The notes under the pieces: generated by a model
What the model saw: the letters and a program-made list of their open reading frames with translations, nothing else
Told to the model about the DNA's origin: nothing
Databases searched by the model: none
Translations under genes and position numbers: made by a program
Part shown: positions 26,394 through 35,053 of the stretch, one piece after another
How positions within the stretch are numbered: the first letter of the stretch is position 1
Layout of the letters: each line of letters starts with the position of its first letter
Source: a virus
Taxonomy: Duplodnaviria > Heunggongvirae > Uroviricota > Caudoviricetes
IMG/VR virus record: IMGVR_UViG_3300025015_000009
Span: 160,001-224,000 of that record
Length of the DNA stretch: 64,000 nt
Strand: one strand, 5' to 3'

Positions 26394-29300
26394 CTATGCA
26401 GTATTAGTTGCAATTGTTCTCTGATGACGATTCTGTTCTTCTGTTAGGGCAACTAACCGTTCGATTTGAGCAATTAACTTGCCAGTTAACCCTCTTTCTT
26501 CAGACGAGCTTTCTTGGTCAGCCATTTTCGCACTAATGTCTTTTGCTGCACCTGGGACTGTTCCGGGGGTTGGGGCTAACTTCGTTGCTAATTGTGCATC
26601 TTCTTGCTTTTTAGTAATAGACAATATCATATCAGACATGAAAGTGCTTGTACTTTTTTCTTGTCCAGCTGGTTTATTTTGTGGCATTAGTAAACCAGCA
26701 AGTGAATTCATGCCTTTTGTTAAAATGTCAGTATTAACAGCGCCAGGTAATACCGTCTCTTGACCATGTAAGGTAACGTTGTAGCCAGCCTTCGGACCGT
26801 TAAAGACTCCGCCACCATTGGCTTGCGGATTATCTGTTGGTTTTCCGTCTTTTGTAACTGTCCCAATAGACGCTACTACATCTGGAATGTCGTACTTTCC
26901 CCATTTTCCTGTAGCCAATGCACTCTCTGCATTGCCCATCTTTTTTTGCATTAGCCCATATACTTCTGATAGTGATCGTATCCCTTCTTTGTTTTTTGGA
27001 TCAGCGTAAAATATCGACGCATTTGCATCAATTTGAGATTTGCTTGCTCCGGCTGTAGCCGGAGCAGACGGATCGTTAGATAACGCATTAATAAACTTCG
27101 CTGCACCGCCTGCCCCAAGGAAATGTGCAAGATACATATCAGTTGAATTTATATCATTTTTCCCAGTACTTTTTTCTAAATGATTCTTTTGTTGTTGTGT
27201 AAAGTACTCGGCCACCTCTGTTGCCTTTGCTGGATCAAATCGATCATCAAGAGAGTACGATTTGCCCATTGCTTTAACATTTTCTTTCCATGTACTCTCA
27301 GTGAATTGAAAAAGGCCGCTTGCCGAAGATGTTTCTGCTTTTGCATTTGCTTTGCCACCTGACTCTATTAACGCAGTACTTTGTAAGTAGTTAGCCATGT
27401 TAAACGAGGCATCTTTACCACTTTTAGTTATTTTTCCAGTTGATACATTCTTGTTAGATGCTTGTTGTTGTGGTTGTATTGTATCTTTGTGCAGTTCTGC
27501 TAACTTAGCTTCTCCTCTTTTTTCTTGAGTCTTGTTAGATGCTTGTGTTTCATACTGTTTTTTATACTCGGTGTTATATTCTGCATTAGACATTGACCCG
27601 GACGCAGCGTCTAATTTCGATTTTGCTACTTTTTCTTGCTTTCTGTTGGTTTCTTTCGTTGCATACTGTTTTTTATACTCGTCATTGAACTCCTTATTCG
27701 CTGGAGTTCTTGCTGCCGTAGTACTAGTTTCGTATACCTGTTGCCCTTTGGACTTAGTCGCCTCTGCTAGTTCTTTTTCTTTCTCAGCTTCAAGAGCCAA
27801 ACGAGTTTTTCGTAACTCGTCGTTTTTCTCTTCTTGGAAAATGTTAATTCGTTCACCAGTGGGATCCTTAGGAGTTAATTGCTCTTCAGCAGCCTCTTTT
27901 TTACGTTTTGTTATGTCCTCTTCACTGTCAGCACTCTTTTCTTTTGCTAACGCATCTGCTTTCTCAGCGGCCCTCACTTCTTTTGTTGCGGCAACTCTAG
28001 TTGTCCGTTCCTTTTTTCTGTCTTCTAGTTCTTTCCTGCGTTCTTCACTTAGTTTAAGTCTGCTTGCTTTTTCTTCTTTTGATATTCCACCGAACATAGG
28101 TGGTAATATACTAAGCATACTCGTTGCTACGTCGTTAAGAGTTATCATAAACGACTTGAATGTATCACCTAACGACTCAAATACATCTGATATCGACCAT
28201 CCTGATTCAGTGAACTTTTCAGCAAGATAACTAACGGCTTGGTACAATGTATATACTGCGGCTGCTGCAAGTGCAATCGGACCGGCGAACCTAATAACTG
28301 TCATAAACAGTTTACCTAGATTACCAACCACTCCGAACAACCCTTTAAATATAGTTCCCAATGATTTTATACTGGTGCCAGACACACTCTGCGCTATTGC
28401 ATTTTTTGTTGTTGCATAAGCTGCGAAGGTCATTGCCGCACCCAACGCTGTGGCTACCGCAGCCACACTAACCATTATAACCGTAGCAACAGTGGTATGT
28501 TCTGCCAGGAACTTAAACACAGGAGCAACATAATCTTTAATAATTCCAGTTAAATGTCCAAACACCGTCATCATGTCTTTAAGAAGAGTTCCACTGGCTA
28601 ATAATTTTGTAAACTCGTTGCTGACACCAGCAATTGTTTGCTTGTACTTTTCCATTGCGGCGGGATCTAGACCGTCTTTTTTTAGTTTTGCTTCTTTATC
28701 TGCAGCATCGAGCTCAGCTTTTTTCTGTTCAATGGACTTATTTGACATTGCAGCTAAGTCATGGGCTGCAACCACAATGTTCCCGTACGAGTCTACTAAG
28801 TAATCACCTGCAATCGCCCCAAAAGAACTTTTCGAGAACTCGCCTGCTTCATCTATCATTTGTTGTTCAAACGCAGCTCGTGTTTCTGCCGCAATATGGC
28901 CGGTTTCTTCCATCTCCTTGTTCATCTTTGCGGCGGCAGCGGCAGTTTTAGGCATCGCACCGTATATTTTCCTACCTTCTTCGGTTGTTGCTACACCTGT
29001 TGCTGCAATTTCTTTAAGACCAGAAAATGCCGCGGGAACTCGTGTCATCGTTGCTCTGAGTCCTTCTGCATCTTCTTTATTCAACTTACTCATTGCGACT
29101 CTCATCTGGGAGTCTCTCATCATTTCTTCTTGTTTTGATTGAAGATCTTTTTTACTCAGTCCTGTTAACTTAGATAACGCATCTAAGTTCTTAAGATAAT
29201 TGCCTGTTCCACTTACCAAGTCTTTGTTTGTTGCTCCTTGTAGGTGACCAGTTAATGCTAACCGACCACTATACACTGCCATCGCTTCGTTTATCTCTTC

Positions 29301-30083
29301 AGTTCCGTATCCTAGTCGATTTAGCTGATCACTTACTCCAGATAACCGAATTTCTTTACCCAACGTCGATAAGCGTTTAGCTCCTTCGGTCGAGCTCCCT
29401 CCCAATAGAGCCAATGATTGCCCGTTTCTAGCAATAATCCCCGAAAACTGGTCGAAGGTTAACCCTGCTTTTGTAGCCCCGTCTATCATGCCATGAATAC
29501 TGCCGCCGAAGTTTGCACCGACGGACGCCGATTGTTGGAATGCTTTGTAACTACCTTCCGCTGCTGTTGCAACAGCCCCAAATACTCCGGACAACATTCC
29601 GCCGACAACTGGTATAACTTTTAAACTAGAAGCGGCCGAAGAGATGCTGTTGTTCATTCCAGCAAAATTGCTAATTACACCGGTTAAACCGGATATAGTA
29701 TTAGTTACAACATTGTTAAAACTTTGCAGACCTTTAATTGCAGCTAAATCGCGTTCTTTCTTTTCTTTTCCACGTTTTTCTTCATCTTCGTGGCCTTTTT
29801 TCTTAGCTTTGTTGAACTCCTTGTCCATACGCAATGCTTCTGTTTGTGCGTCTGCGAGGTCTTTCATTAAATCAGTTGATTTTGTTTTAGCAACATACTC
29901 TGCTTCGTATGTTTGCATTAGACGTTTCATTTCAGCACGAAGTGCTTTTTCTTCAGGCGACATTCCTTTGGTTGTGTTCTTACCTTTAGCTTGCGATAAT
30001 AGCGCAAGATTCGCAGCTAATATGCGTTGCAGTGTTTCTTCGCGAGCTGCGTCTAAACCGTTGTCAATGTCGTCGTTTGCCAT
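26394..30083 (-). CDS. Tape measure protein with C-terminal lytic transglycosylase (SLT-like) domain
   Basis: 1229 aa, mostly helical, with a hydrophobic central stretch. IESGG..NA....SSASGLFQF..STW and YLAHFLG.GGA are lysozyme-fold motifs. Confidence 0.85.
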   Translation of the reverse strand: MANDDIDNGLDAAREETLQRILAANLALLSQAKGKNTTKGMSPEEKALRAEMKRLMQTYEAEYVAKTKSTDLMKDLADAQTEALRMDKEFNKAKKKGHEDEEKRGKEKKERDLAAIKGLQSFNNVVTNTISGLTGVISNFAGMNNSISSAASSLKVIPVVGGMLSGVFGAVATAAEGSYKAFQQSASVGANFGGSIHGMIDGATKAGLTFDQFSGIIARNGQSLALLGGSSTEGAKRLSTLGKEIRLSGVSDQLNRLGYGTEEINEAMAVYSGRLALTGHLQGATNKDLVSGTGNYLKNLDALSKLTGLSKKDLQSKQEEMMRDSQMRVAMSKLNKEDAEGLRATMTRVPAAFSGLKEIAATGVATTEEGRKIYGAMPKTAAAAAKMNKEMEETGHIAAETRAAFEQQMIDEAGEFSKSSFGAIAGDYLVDSYGNIVVAAHDLAAMSNKSIEQKKAELDAADKEAKLKKDGLDPAAMEKYKQTIAGVSNEFTKLLASGTLLKDMMTVFGHLTGIIKDYVAPVFKFLAEHTTVATVIMVSVAAVATALGAAMTFAAYATTKNAIAQSVSGTSIKSLGTIFKGLFGVVGNLGKLFMTVIRFAGPIALAAAAVYTLYQAVSYLAEKFTESGWSISDVFESLGDTFKSFMITLNDVATSMLSILPPMFGGISKEEKASRLKLSEERRKELEDRKKERTTRVAATKEVRAAEKADALAKEKSADSEEDITKRKKEAAEEQLTPKDPTGERINIFQEEKNDELRKTRLALEAEKEKELAEATKSKGQQVYETSTTAARTPANKEFNDEYKKQYATKETNRKQEKVAKSKLDAASGSMSNAEYNTEYKKQYETQASNKTQEKRGEAKLAELHKDTIQPQQQASNKNVSTGKITKSGKDASFNMANYLQSTALIESGGKANAKAETSSASGLFQFTESTWKENVKAMGKSYSLDDRFDPAKATEVAEYFTQQQKNHLEKSTGKNDINSTDMYLAHFLGAGGAAKFINALSNDPSAPATAGASKSQIDANASIFYADPKNKEGIRSLSEVYGLMQKKMGNAESALATGKWGKYDIPDVVASIGTVTKDGKPTDNPQANGGGVFNGPKAGYNVTLHGQETVLPGAVNTDILTKGMNSLAGLLMPQNKPAGQEKSTSTFMSDMILSITKKQEDAQLATKLAPTPGTVPGAAKDISAKMADQESSSEERGLTGKLIAQIERLVALTEEQNRHQRTIATNTA

Positions 30084-30106
30084 AAATTAACCCCTAAAAA
30101 TGCACA

Positions 30107-30140
30107 GATAAATACAATATGCAGATAATATATATTTATC
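30107..30140. promoter_or_regulatory. Pair of oppositely oriented late promoters (GATAAATA on each strand)
   Basis: GATAAATA at 30107-30114 (+, towards the gp26-like gene) and TATTTATC at 30133-30140 (-, towards the tape measure). The 5' ends of the two transcripts would overlap. Confidence 0.65.
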
Positions 30141-30162
30141 GCCAAATTTATGGAGAATGTAA

Positions 30163-31020
30163 ATGACTCAACAATCACTAACTAGCACACCAAATCCGTT
30201 GTCGATGTACTTTCGACAACCAAAACTATACATCAAACTTCCCAGTAAAGGTAATTTCTATCCTCCGACTGCACTGGAAAAGACTGAAAGCGGTGATTAC
30301 GCAGTATATGCAATGACTGCAATCGACGAGCTTATGTTTAAAACACCAGATGCTCTGATGAACGGACAGTCAACTGTGTCTGTTATTAAAAGTTGTGTTC
30401 CTGCAATTAAAGACCCATGGAAAATGCCAACTGTTGATTTAGATGCTATATTACTTGCTATCCGGGTTGCTACATACGGCGAAGGGATGGAGATTAGGCA
30501 ATCGTGTCCAAAATGTAATCACTTAAACGAGTTTAACCTAAATTTAATCGGGTATCTGGATAAACTAAATGCATTCGAGTTTAATTCGGTTATACAACAT
30601 GACCCACTTACAATTAACATTCGTCCTTATACATACAAGGAAATGACAGACACACAGATTAGAACGTTAGAAGAACAGAAGATCCTGACGATTGTCAATG
30701 ACAAAGAAATGTCTGACGACGAAAAAGTGCAATTGTTCGGACAAAGTCTCGACAAACTAACTGTGTTCACCGTTGATGTAATTGCAAAATGCATCTCTTC
30801 GATTGTTACCCCAGATACTACAGTAACTGATCCAGCTATGATCACCGAGTTTATTAAGAACTCACCTAGCGAGGTGTTCAACAAAATTAGTAAGCATGTT
30901 AATACAATGCAGGAGTTATTGTCATTAAAAGCAACTGACTTACAATGTGAAGAATGCAAACATGTATGGTCATCTGAGATTTCTATGGATCAAACAAATT
31001 TTTTCGGCAAAGGATCTTAG
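30163..31020 (+). CDS. Baseplate hub / tail assembly protein, T4 gp26-like, copy 1
   Basis: NPL..YFRQP.LYI.LPS.G, MTA.DE...KTPDALMNG, D.DAIL.AIR.A.YG, two CxxC pairs, ending NFF. Confidence 0.8.
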   Translation: MTQQSLTSTPNPLSMYFRQPKLYIKLPSKGNFYPPTALEKTESGDYAVYAMTAIDELMFKTPDALMNGQSTVSVIKSCVPAIKDPWKMPTVDLDAILLAIRVATYGEGMEIRQSCPKCNHLNEFNLNLIGYLDKLNAFEFNSVIQHDPLTINIRPYTYKEMTDTQIRTLEEQKILTIVNDKEMSDDEKVQLFGQSLDKLTVFTVDVIAKCISSIVTPDTTVTDPAMITEFIKNSPSEVFNKISKHVNTMQELLSLKATDLQCEECKHVWSSEISMDQTNFFGKGS

Positions 31021-31232
31021 CATTATCTCATGACGAGATCCTTGAGTATGTTGCTGAGATTGAAAAAGAGGGACTAGCAATTAAGAAAGAACTCCTGCGA
31101 ATGTGTTGGTACATGCGCGGGATGAGTTACAACGAAGCGTTACATCTTGATGTGTCAGAAAGAAATGCAATAAACGAAATTATCAACGATAACCTAGAAA
31201 CAACAAAACGAACAAAACTACCATTCTTCTAA
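31002..31232 (+). CDS. -1-frame extension ORF (gp51-like), copy 1; absent from the ORF track
   Basis: The open frame FRQRILALSHDEILEYVAEIEKEGLAIKKELLRMCWYMRGMSYNEALHLDVSERNAINEIINDNLETTKRTKLPFF* aligns with 32079..32312. The first ATG lies about half-way along. Confidence 0.8.
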   Translation, partial: FRQRILALSHDEILEYVAEIEKEGLAIKKELLRMCWYMRGMSYNEALHLDVSERNAINEIINDNLETTKRTKLPFF

Positions 31233-31242
31233 TAGGAAAACA

Positions 31243-32088
31243 ATGAGCGAACAGAACCCTTTATCAAAACATTTTCGACAACCAGTATTACACATTAAAC
31301 TACCAAGCAATGGCAAATACTGGCCGACAGGATCTATAAACTTACCAGTTACTGGTGAATTACCTATATACCCGTTATCAGCCAAAGATGAAATTATGCT
31401 AAAATCACCTGACGCTTTGTTAAACGGAGCAGGTGTCGTTAGTGCTATTCAATCATGCGTTCCTAATATATCAGATGCTTGGTCAATGCCATCTATTGAT
31501 ACCGATGCTATATTAATCGCAATGCGAATTGCGAGTTTCGGAAATAGTTTACCGGTTGACGCTACTTGTTTGCACTGCGACACCAGACAATCATTTGCCA
31601 TTAACTTAAACACAGTTGCTGGTTCGATACCAGCAGCAACTTCAACGTTCGACGAGGTGTTTACAGTCGACGGGTTACGGATTAAGTTTAAACCACTTAC
31701 TTACTTTAAAACAAATACTGCGAGTTTAATTGCATTTGAGCAAGGGAAAATGGCATCTATTGCAGCTGACGAATCATTACCATTAGACGATCGCAAGAAG
31801 CATTATTCGCATCATTTAAATACTCTGATAGATCTAAATATCCAAACATTTGCAGATAGCACCGAGTACATCTTAACAGAAGACGGAATCAGAGTAACAC
31901 AACCAGCGTTCTTACTTGAGTTCTACCAATCTATCCCTAGAAAACTAGTATCTGAGATCAGAGAGATATACGAAACGCTACTTAATAATAGCAGTTTGCA
32001 ACCAGTTACAGTTACATGTGAACATGAAGATTGTGGTAAAGACTTTAAGATTAGATTAACGTTTGATTATTCAAATTTTTTCGATTGA
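31243..32088 (+). CDS. Baseplate hub / tail assembly protein, T4 gp26-like, copy 2
   Basis: Clear paralogue of 30163..31020 (NPLSKHFRQP, KSPDALLNG, ending NFF). Confidence 0.8.
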   Translation: MSEQNPLSKHFRQPVLHIKLPSNGKYWPTGSINLPVTGELPIYPLSAKDEIMLKSPDALLNGAGVVSAIQSCVPNISDAWSMPSIDTDAILIAMRIASFGNSLPVDATCLHCDTRQSFAINLNTVAGSIPAATSTFDEVFTVDGLRIKFKPLTYFKTNTASLIAFEQGKMASIAADESLPLDDRKKHYSHHLNTLIDLNIQTFADSTEYILTEDGIRVTQPAFLLEFYQSIPRKLVSEIREIYETLLNNSSLQPVTVTCEHEDCGKDFKIRLTFDYSNFFD

Positions 32089-32312
32089 GGCTTTCCTCAT
32101 TGGATCACGATGCTATTCATAAGTACATCGAAAGTCTAGAAAATGAAGCGAAAGCCTTAAAAACAGAACTGCTTAATATGTGTTGGTTTATGCGTGGAGG
32201 AATAACGTATGACGAAGCAATGTTATTATCAAATGAAGACAGAAAAATCATAAACGATATAACAAAAGCAAATATAGAAACAGTTAAGAAAACAGGACTC
32301 CCCTTGTTATAA
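32079..32312 (+). CDS. -1-frame extension ORF (gp51-like), copy 2
   Basis: FRLRLSSLDHDAIHKYIESLENEAKALKTELLNMCWFMRGGITYDEA...GLPLL. The ORF track starts it at TTG 32085, which has no RBS. Confidence 0.8.
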   Translation, partial: FRLRLSSLDHDAIHKYIESLENEAKALKTELLNMCWFMRGGITYDEAMLLSNEDRKIINDITKANIETVKKTGLPLL

Positions 32313-32334
32313 CAAAGGGATTTCTTTGTTACAT

Positions 32335-32354
32335 AATCAAATCAAATCAAATCA
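32335..32354. repeat. (AATCA)4 microsatellite
   Basis: Four perfect tandem pentamers. Confidence 0.9.
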
Positions 32355-32419
32355 TACAGACGTGGGTATCTATTAAGACATACGATAAGTTATACTTAAC
32401 TACAATACATATCGCATTA

Positions 32420-32940
32420 GAAGATGTGTTTCACACATCTGTGTTTATCGCTTTCGCTCTAACACATTTTTCTTCTCTCTACTGTATATAATTGTTTGAT
32501 CTACGATAATACACATTACGCTTTAAGAGATATATTTCCGAAAGATTCAGTCATACTTTGCCCAGACACAGGGCAAAGTCATGTGACAAAAAGGGGGTTT
32601 TTCCGATGAGTTCCTTTGGGCCATAGTTGTAGCAAGAATATGCGTAATCACACACGGAGGCGGTTAACCTGTACCCCCTTTATCTCTCCTTTGTTCTAGT
32701 TTGCTGGCGCGTAGCCGATTGGCATTTCGAATTTAACGGTACTAATTTGCAACCCCTACAACAAGGTTGGATTAGTCAGTGGTTGTATCTTTTTCAACAG
32801 AGCCACAATCATTTAACACTCAATAGTGTCTATTTCTTTGGCACTCAAGATCTGTCGGCTACTTTTTCAAGCAAACTCAATGAGGATCGAGGAATCTCGA
32901 TCAAACAGGGCCTTAATTAACGGGTCTGAGGGTGTATATT
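32420..32940 (-). ncRNA. Candidate large structured non-coding RNA (strand tentative)
   Basis: No credible ORF. It contains many perfect hairpins and nested long-range helices (32698-32705/32870-32877, 32711-32718/32855-32862, 32590-32598/32673-32681). Confidence 0.6.
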
Positions 32941-32984
32941 CTAGTTTAGCTCAGTGCATCGCACTGTCTATGTCAATGGGTGAT

Positions 32985-33013
32985 AAAGAAACCTACTGCC
33001 CGAAAGCAGTAGG
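32985..33013 (-). terminator. Intrinsic terminator after the small basic protein gene
   Basis: Minus strand reads CCTACTGC-TTTCGG-GCAGTAGG-TTTCTTT. Confidence 0.7.
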
Positions 33014-33023
33014 CGATGGCATA

Positions 33024-33221
33024 TTACTTAACAGACATTTGGTTCTTCTTCTCTTGGATCTCCGCGCGGCGAAGCTTGGATAGTTTACCCAAGTCTCCTA
33101 GTGCGGCGCGGGCGCGGGCCGAAGATGCTTTAATACCTTGTGTTTCGAATTTTTCGTGCTCAGCCATATAAACACGGATTGCTTCAAGAATTGCTTGATG
33201 AGTTGATGTTACGTCGTTCAT
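33024..33221 (-). CDS. Small basic DNA-binding protein, histone H1-like (Hc1-type N-terminal domain)
   Basis: E.EKF...G.KAS.ARAR.AL..L.KL.K.RR.EIQ..K pattern, with a strong AAGGAG RBS. Confidence 0.7.
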   Translation of the reverse strand: MNDVTSTHQAILEAIRVYMAEHEKFETQGIKASSARARAALGDLGKLSKLRRAEIQEKKNQMSVK

Positions 33222-33266
33222 GTGTTTCTCCTTAATTATAATAATAGTTATCGTTATATACTGCTA

Positions 33267-35039
33267 CTAATTTATTTCTACCCCAAATGCGAACGAGGAA
33301 AACCCGTTCTCTTTGACTACAGACAAAATGTTGTTAACTCTACTAACCAGTTCGTCTTTGTGGCTAACAAGCCAGATGCTTTTATGATTATCTCTTGCCA
33401 TTTTCTTGAGTATTGCTAATGCGCTTTCAACACCAGCAGAGTCTAACCCAGAATCGATTAGCTCGTCGACGAACAGTAAGTTAATTGGTTGCCACGACGC
33501 TTCCCATACATCACGAAAAGCCCAACTCAACGACAAAATTAGCCGGGTGCGTTCTCCTCTGGATAGATTGTCAAAATCTAAATCACGGCCAAGCTCTGAG
33601 ATGCTAACTGTTAGGTCGTTTTGAAAGATAACTTGATGCGGTAACCCGATACGGTCTAGATATTGGCTTAGTCTTGCGTTTAAGTAGCCGAGGTTTTGAT
33701 CAATAATCCGTTTGCGAACAAACGAGTCTTTGTTTGTTAACAATTTTAATAGGAATTCTTGGTGTTCTTTTAACGTAGTTAACTCGTTTATCTTTTTAAA
33801 GCAGATTTCTTCTAACGCAGTTTCGACCATCTCGTTGATCTGTTCTTCGTACAAATCATGAGCAGAGGTAACAGATGTTATTTGTTGAGAGATGTTTTCT
33901 ATAGTTCCTCGATGTAAAATCGCATCTTCTTCTTTAGAATAAAAAACAGTGGGGCATTGTTCGTCAGGCCCCAACTCCGCTAGGGCAAGTTCTAACGATG
34001 CAATGCTTTTGTTATGTTCGGCTATAGATGCGAGAGCAGTGGTTAATAGTTCTTGCTTACTTTGGAGCAAGTGGGTGTGCGTGTCATCATGAAGTTTTTG
34101 CCCACACGAGTGGCACTGGTGATTAAGCAAAAGAGCCAGTTCTTTATCGAGTCGGGTAACCGCAGTGGTTTCTTTGTCACGCTGCACTTTTTCACGTGAA
34201 ATAGCCATAGATAACTCAGTTGCATCTCGTTTGCGCTGTTGATACAAAACAACCTGTTTGTGGGCAGCAAGCTCAGCATCGATGTCAAGCGTCAGTAGCT
34301 CGTCAAGTGCCACTTGCAAAGATACTACATCGCTGTCTTGCTTTTCTTTCCAAGTAACTTGTTTTCTTTTTAAACTAGCGATCTGATCCTCGATCCTCTT
34401 GTTAGCATCGCCGACTGCCTTTATTCGGTATTCCTCTTGTTGAATAGCATCTTTAGTCTCTTTAACGATTTCTTTAAGAGCATCGGCTTTTTCGCTTAGT
34501 AGTGTTATACCAAGTAGCTGTTCTATTATAGTTCGCTGGTCGTTTGCTTTTAAACTCAAGAATGGCTCAGTGTAGGTATTAAGAGCAACCACGTGTTTAA
34601 ACATGTCGTGGCTCATACCGATCATATGTTCTATTGCACGTTGAGTTTCTCGACTGTCTCCCTGGGCGTCGTTATCCAACTCTTGTTCGCTGTCGCCGAC
34701 CCAGAATCGCATAACGTTCGGCTTTCGACCTCGTTCAATTCTATAAACTGTATTATCTTTCTCGAACTCAACGGTAACTAACATGTTCTTCCCGTTTGTC
34801 CTATTAACTAAGTTATCTTTCTTTATATTAGTTAACGCACTACCGTACAGTGCATAACTGAGTCCGTTTAATGCAGATGTCTTGCCAGTACCATTCCTCG
34901 AGCCCGACCCGTCTCCACCCAGGTCTAAATTTTCACCCAACACTAATGTGATGTCTGTTCGGTCAAAATCGATAGCTTGAGTAACAGCACCAATTGATAG
35001 GAAGTTCTTTAATGTTAGAGTTTTGATCTTAAATGTCAT
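33267..35039 (-). CDS. gp46: Recombination endonuclease ATPase subunit (T4 gp46 / SbcC / Rad50)
   Basis: Walker A RNGTGKTS, zinc hook CHSC within a coiled coil, signature LSRGE, Walker B LFVDE, and SH motif. Confidence 0.95.
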   Translation of the reverse strand: MTFKIKTLTLKNFLSIGAVTQAIDFDRTDITLVLGENLDLGGDGSGSRNGTGKTSALNGLSYALYGSALTNIKKDNLVNRTNGKNMLVTVEFEKDNTVYRIERGRKPNVMRFWVGDSEQELDNDAQGDSRETQRAIEHMIGMSHDMFKHVVALNTYTEPFLSLKANDQRTIIEQLLGITLLSEKADALKEIVKETKDAIQQEEYRIKAVGDANKRIEDQIASLKRKQVTWKEKQDSDVVSLQVALDELLTLDIDAELAAHKQVVLYQQRKRDATELSMAISREKVQRDKETTAVTRLDKELALLLNHQCHSCGQKLHDDTHTHLLQSKQELLTTALASIAEHNKSIASLELALAELGPDEQCPTVFYSKEEDAILHRGTIENISQQITSVTSAHDLYEEQINEMVETALEEICFKKINELTTLKEHQEFLLKLLTNKDSFVRKRIIDQNLGYLNARLSQYLDRIGLPHQVIFQNDLTVSISELGRDLDFDNLSRGERTRLILSLSWAFRDVWEASWQPINLLFVDELIDSGLDSAGVESALAILKKMARDNHKSIWLVSHKDELVSRVNNILSVVKENGFSSFAFGVEIN

Positions 35040-35053
35040 AGGCAGTTAGCAAG

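Noticed and set aside
27532-28230. 232-aa antisense ORF and the many other short antisense ORFs in the track
   Set aside because: They are shadows of well-supported genes on the opposite strand, are low-complexity (S/F/L-rich), and lack RBS or motifs.
30996-31006. Poly-T run as a sequencing frameshift error
   Set aside because: The same 12-mer and the same frame relationship occur independently in the second paralogue, and both zero-frame ORFs end shortly after NFF.
32536-32625. Hammerhead-like words (CCGAAA, CCGATGAG) in the structured region
   Set aside because: The core requires CUGAUGA and correctly ordered stems, which I could not assemble. No group I or group II intron catalytic motifs were recognised either.
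32826-33083. 85-aa ORF on the + strand in the intergenic gap
   Set aside because: GTG start without RBS, no motif, runs antisense into the histone-like gene and across hairpins. The region is better explained as structured non-coding sequence.
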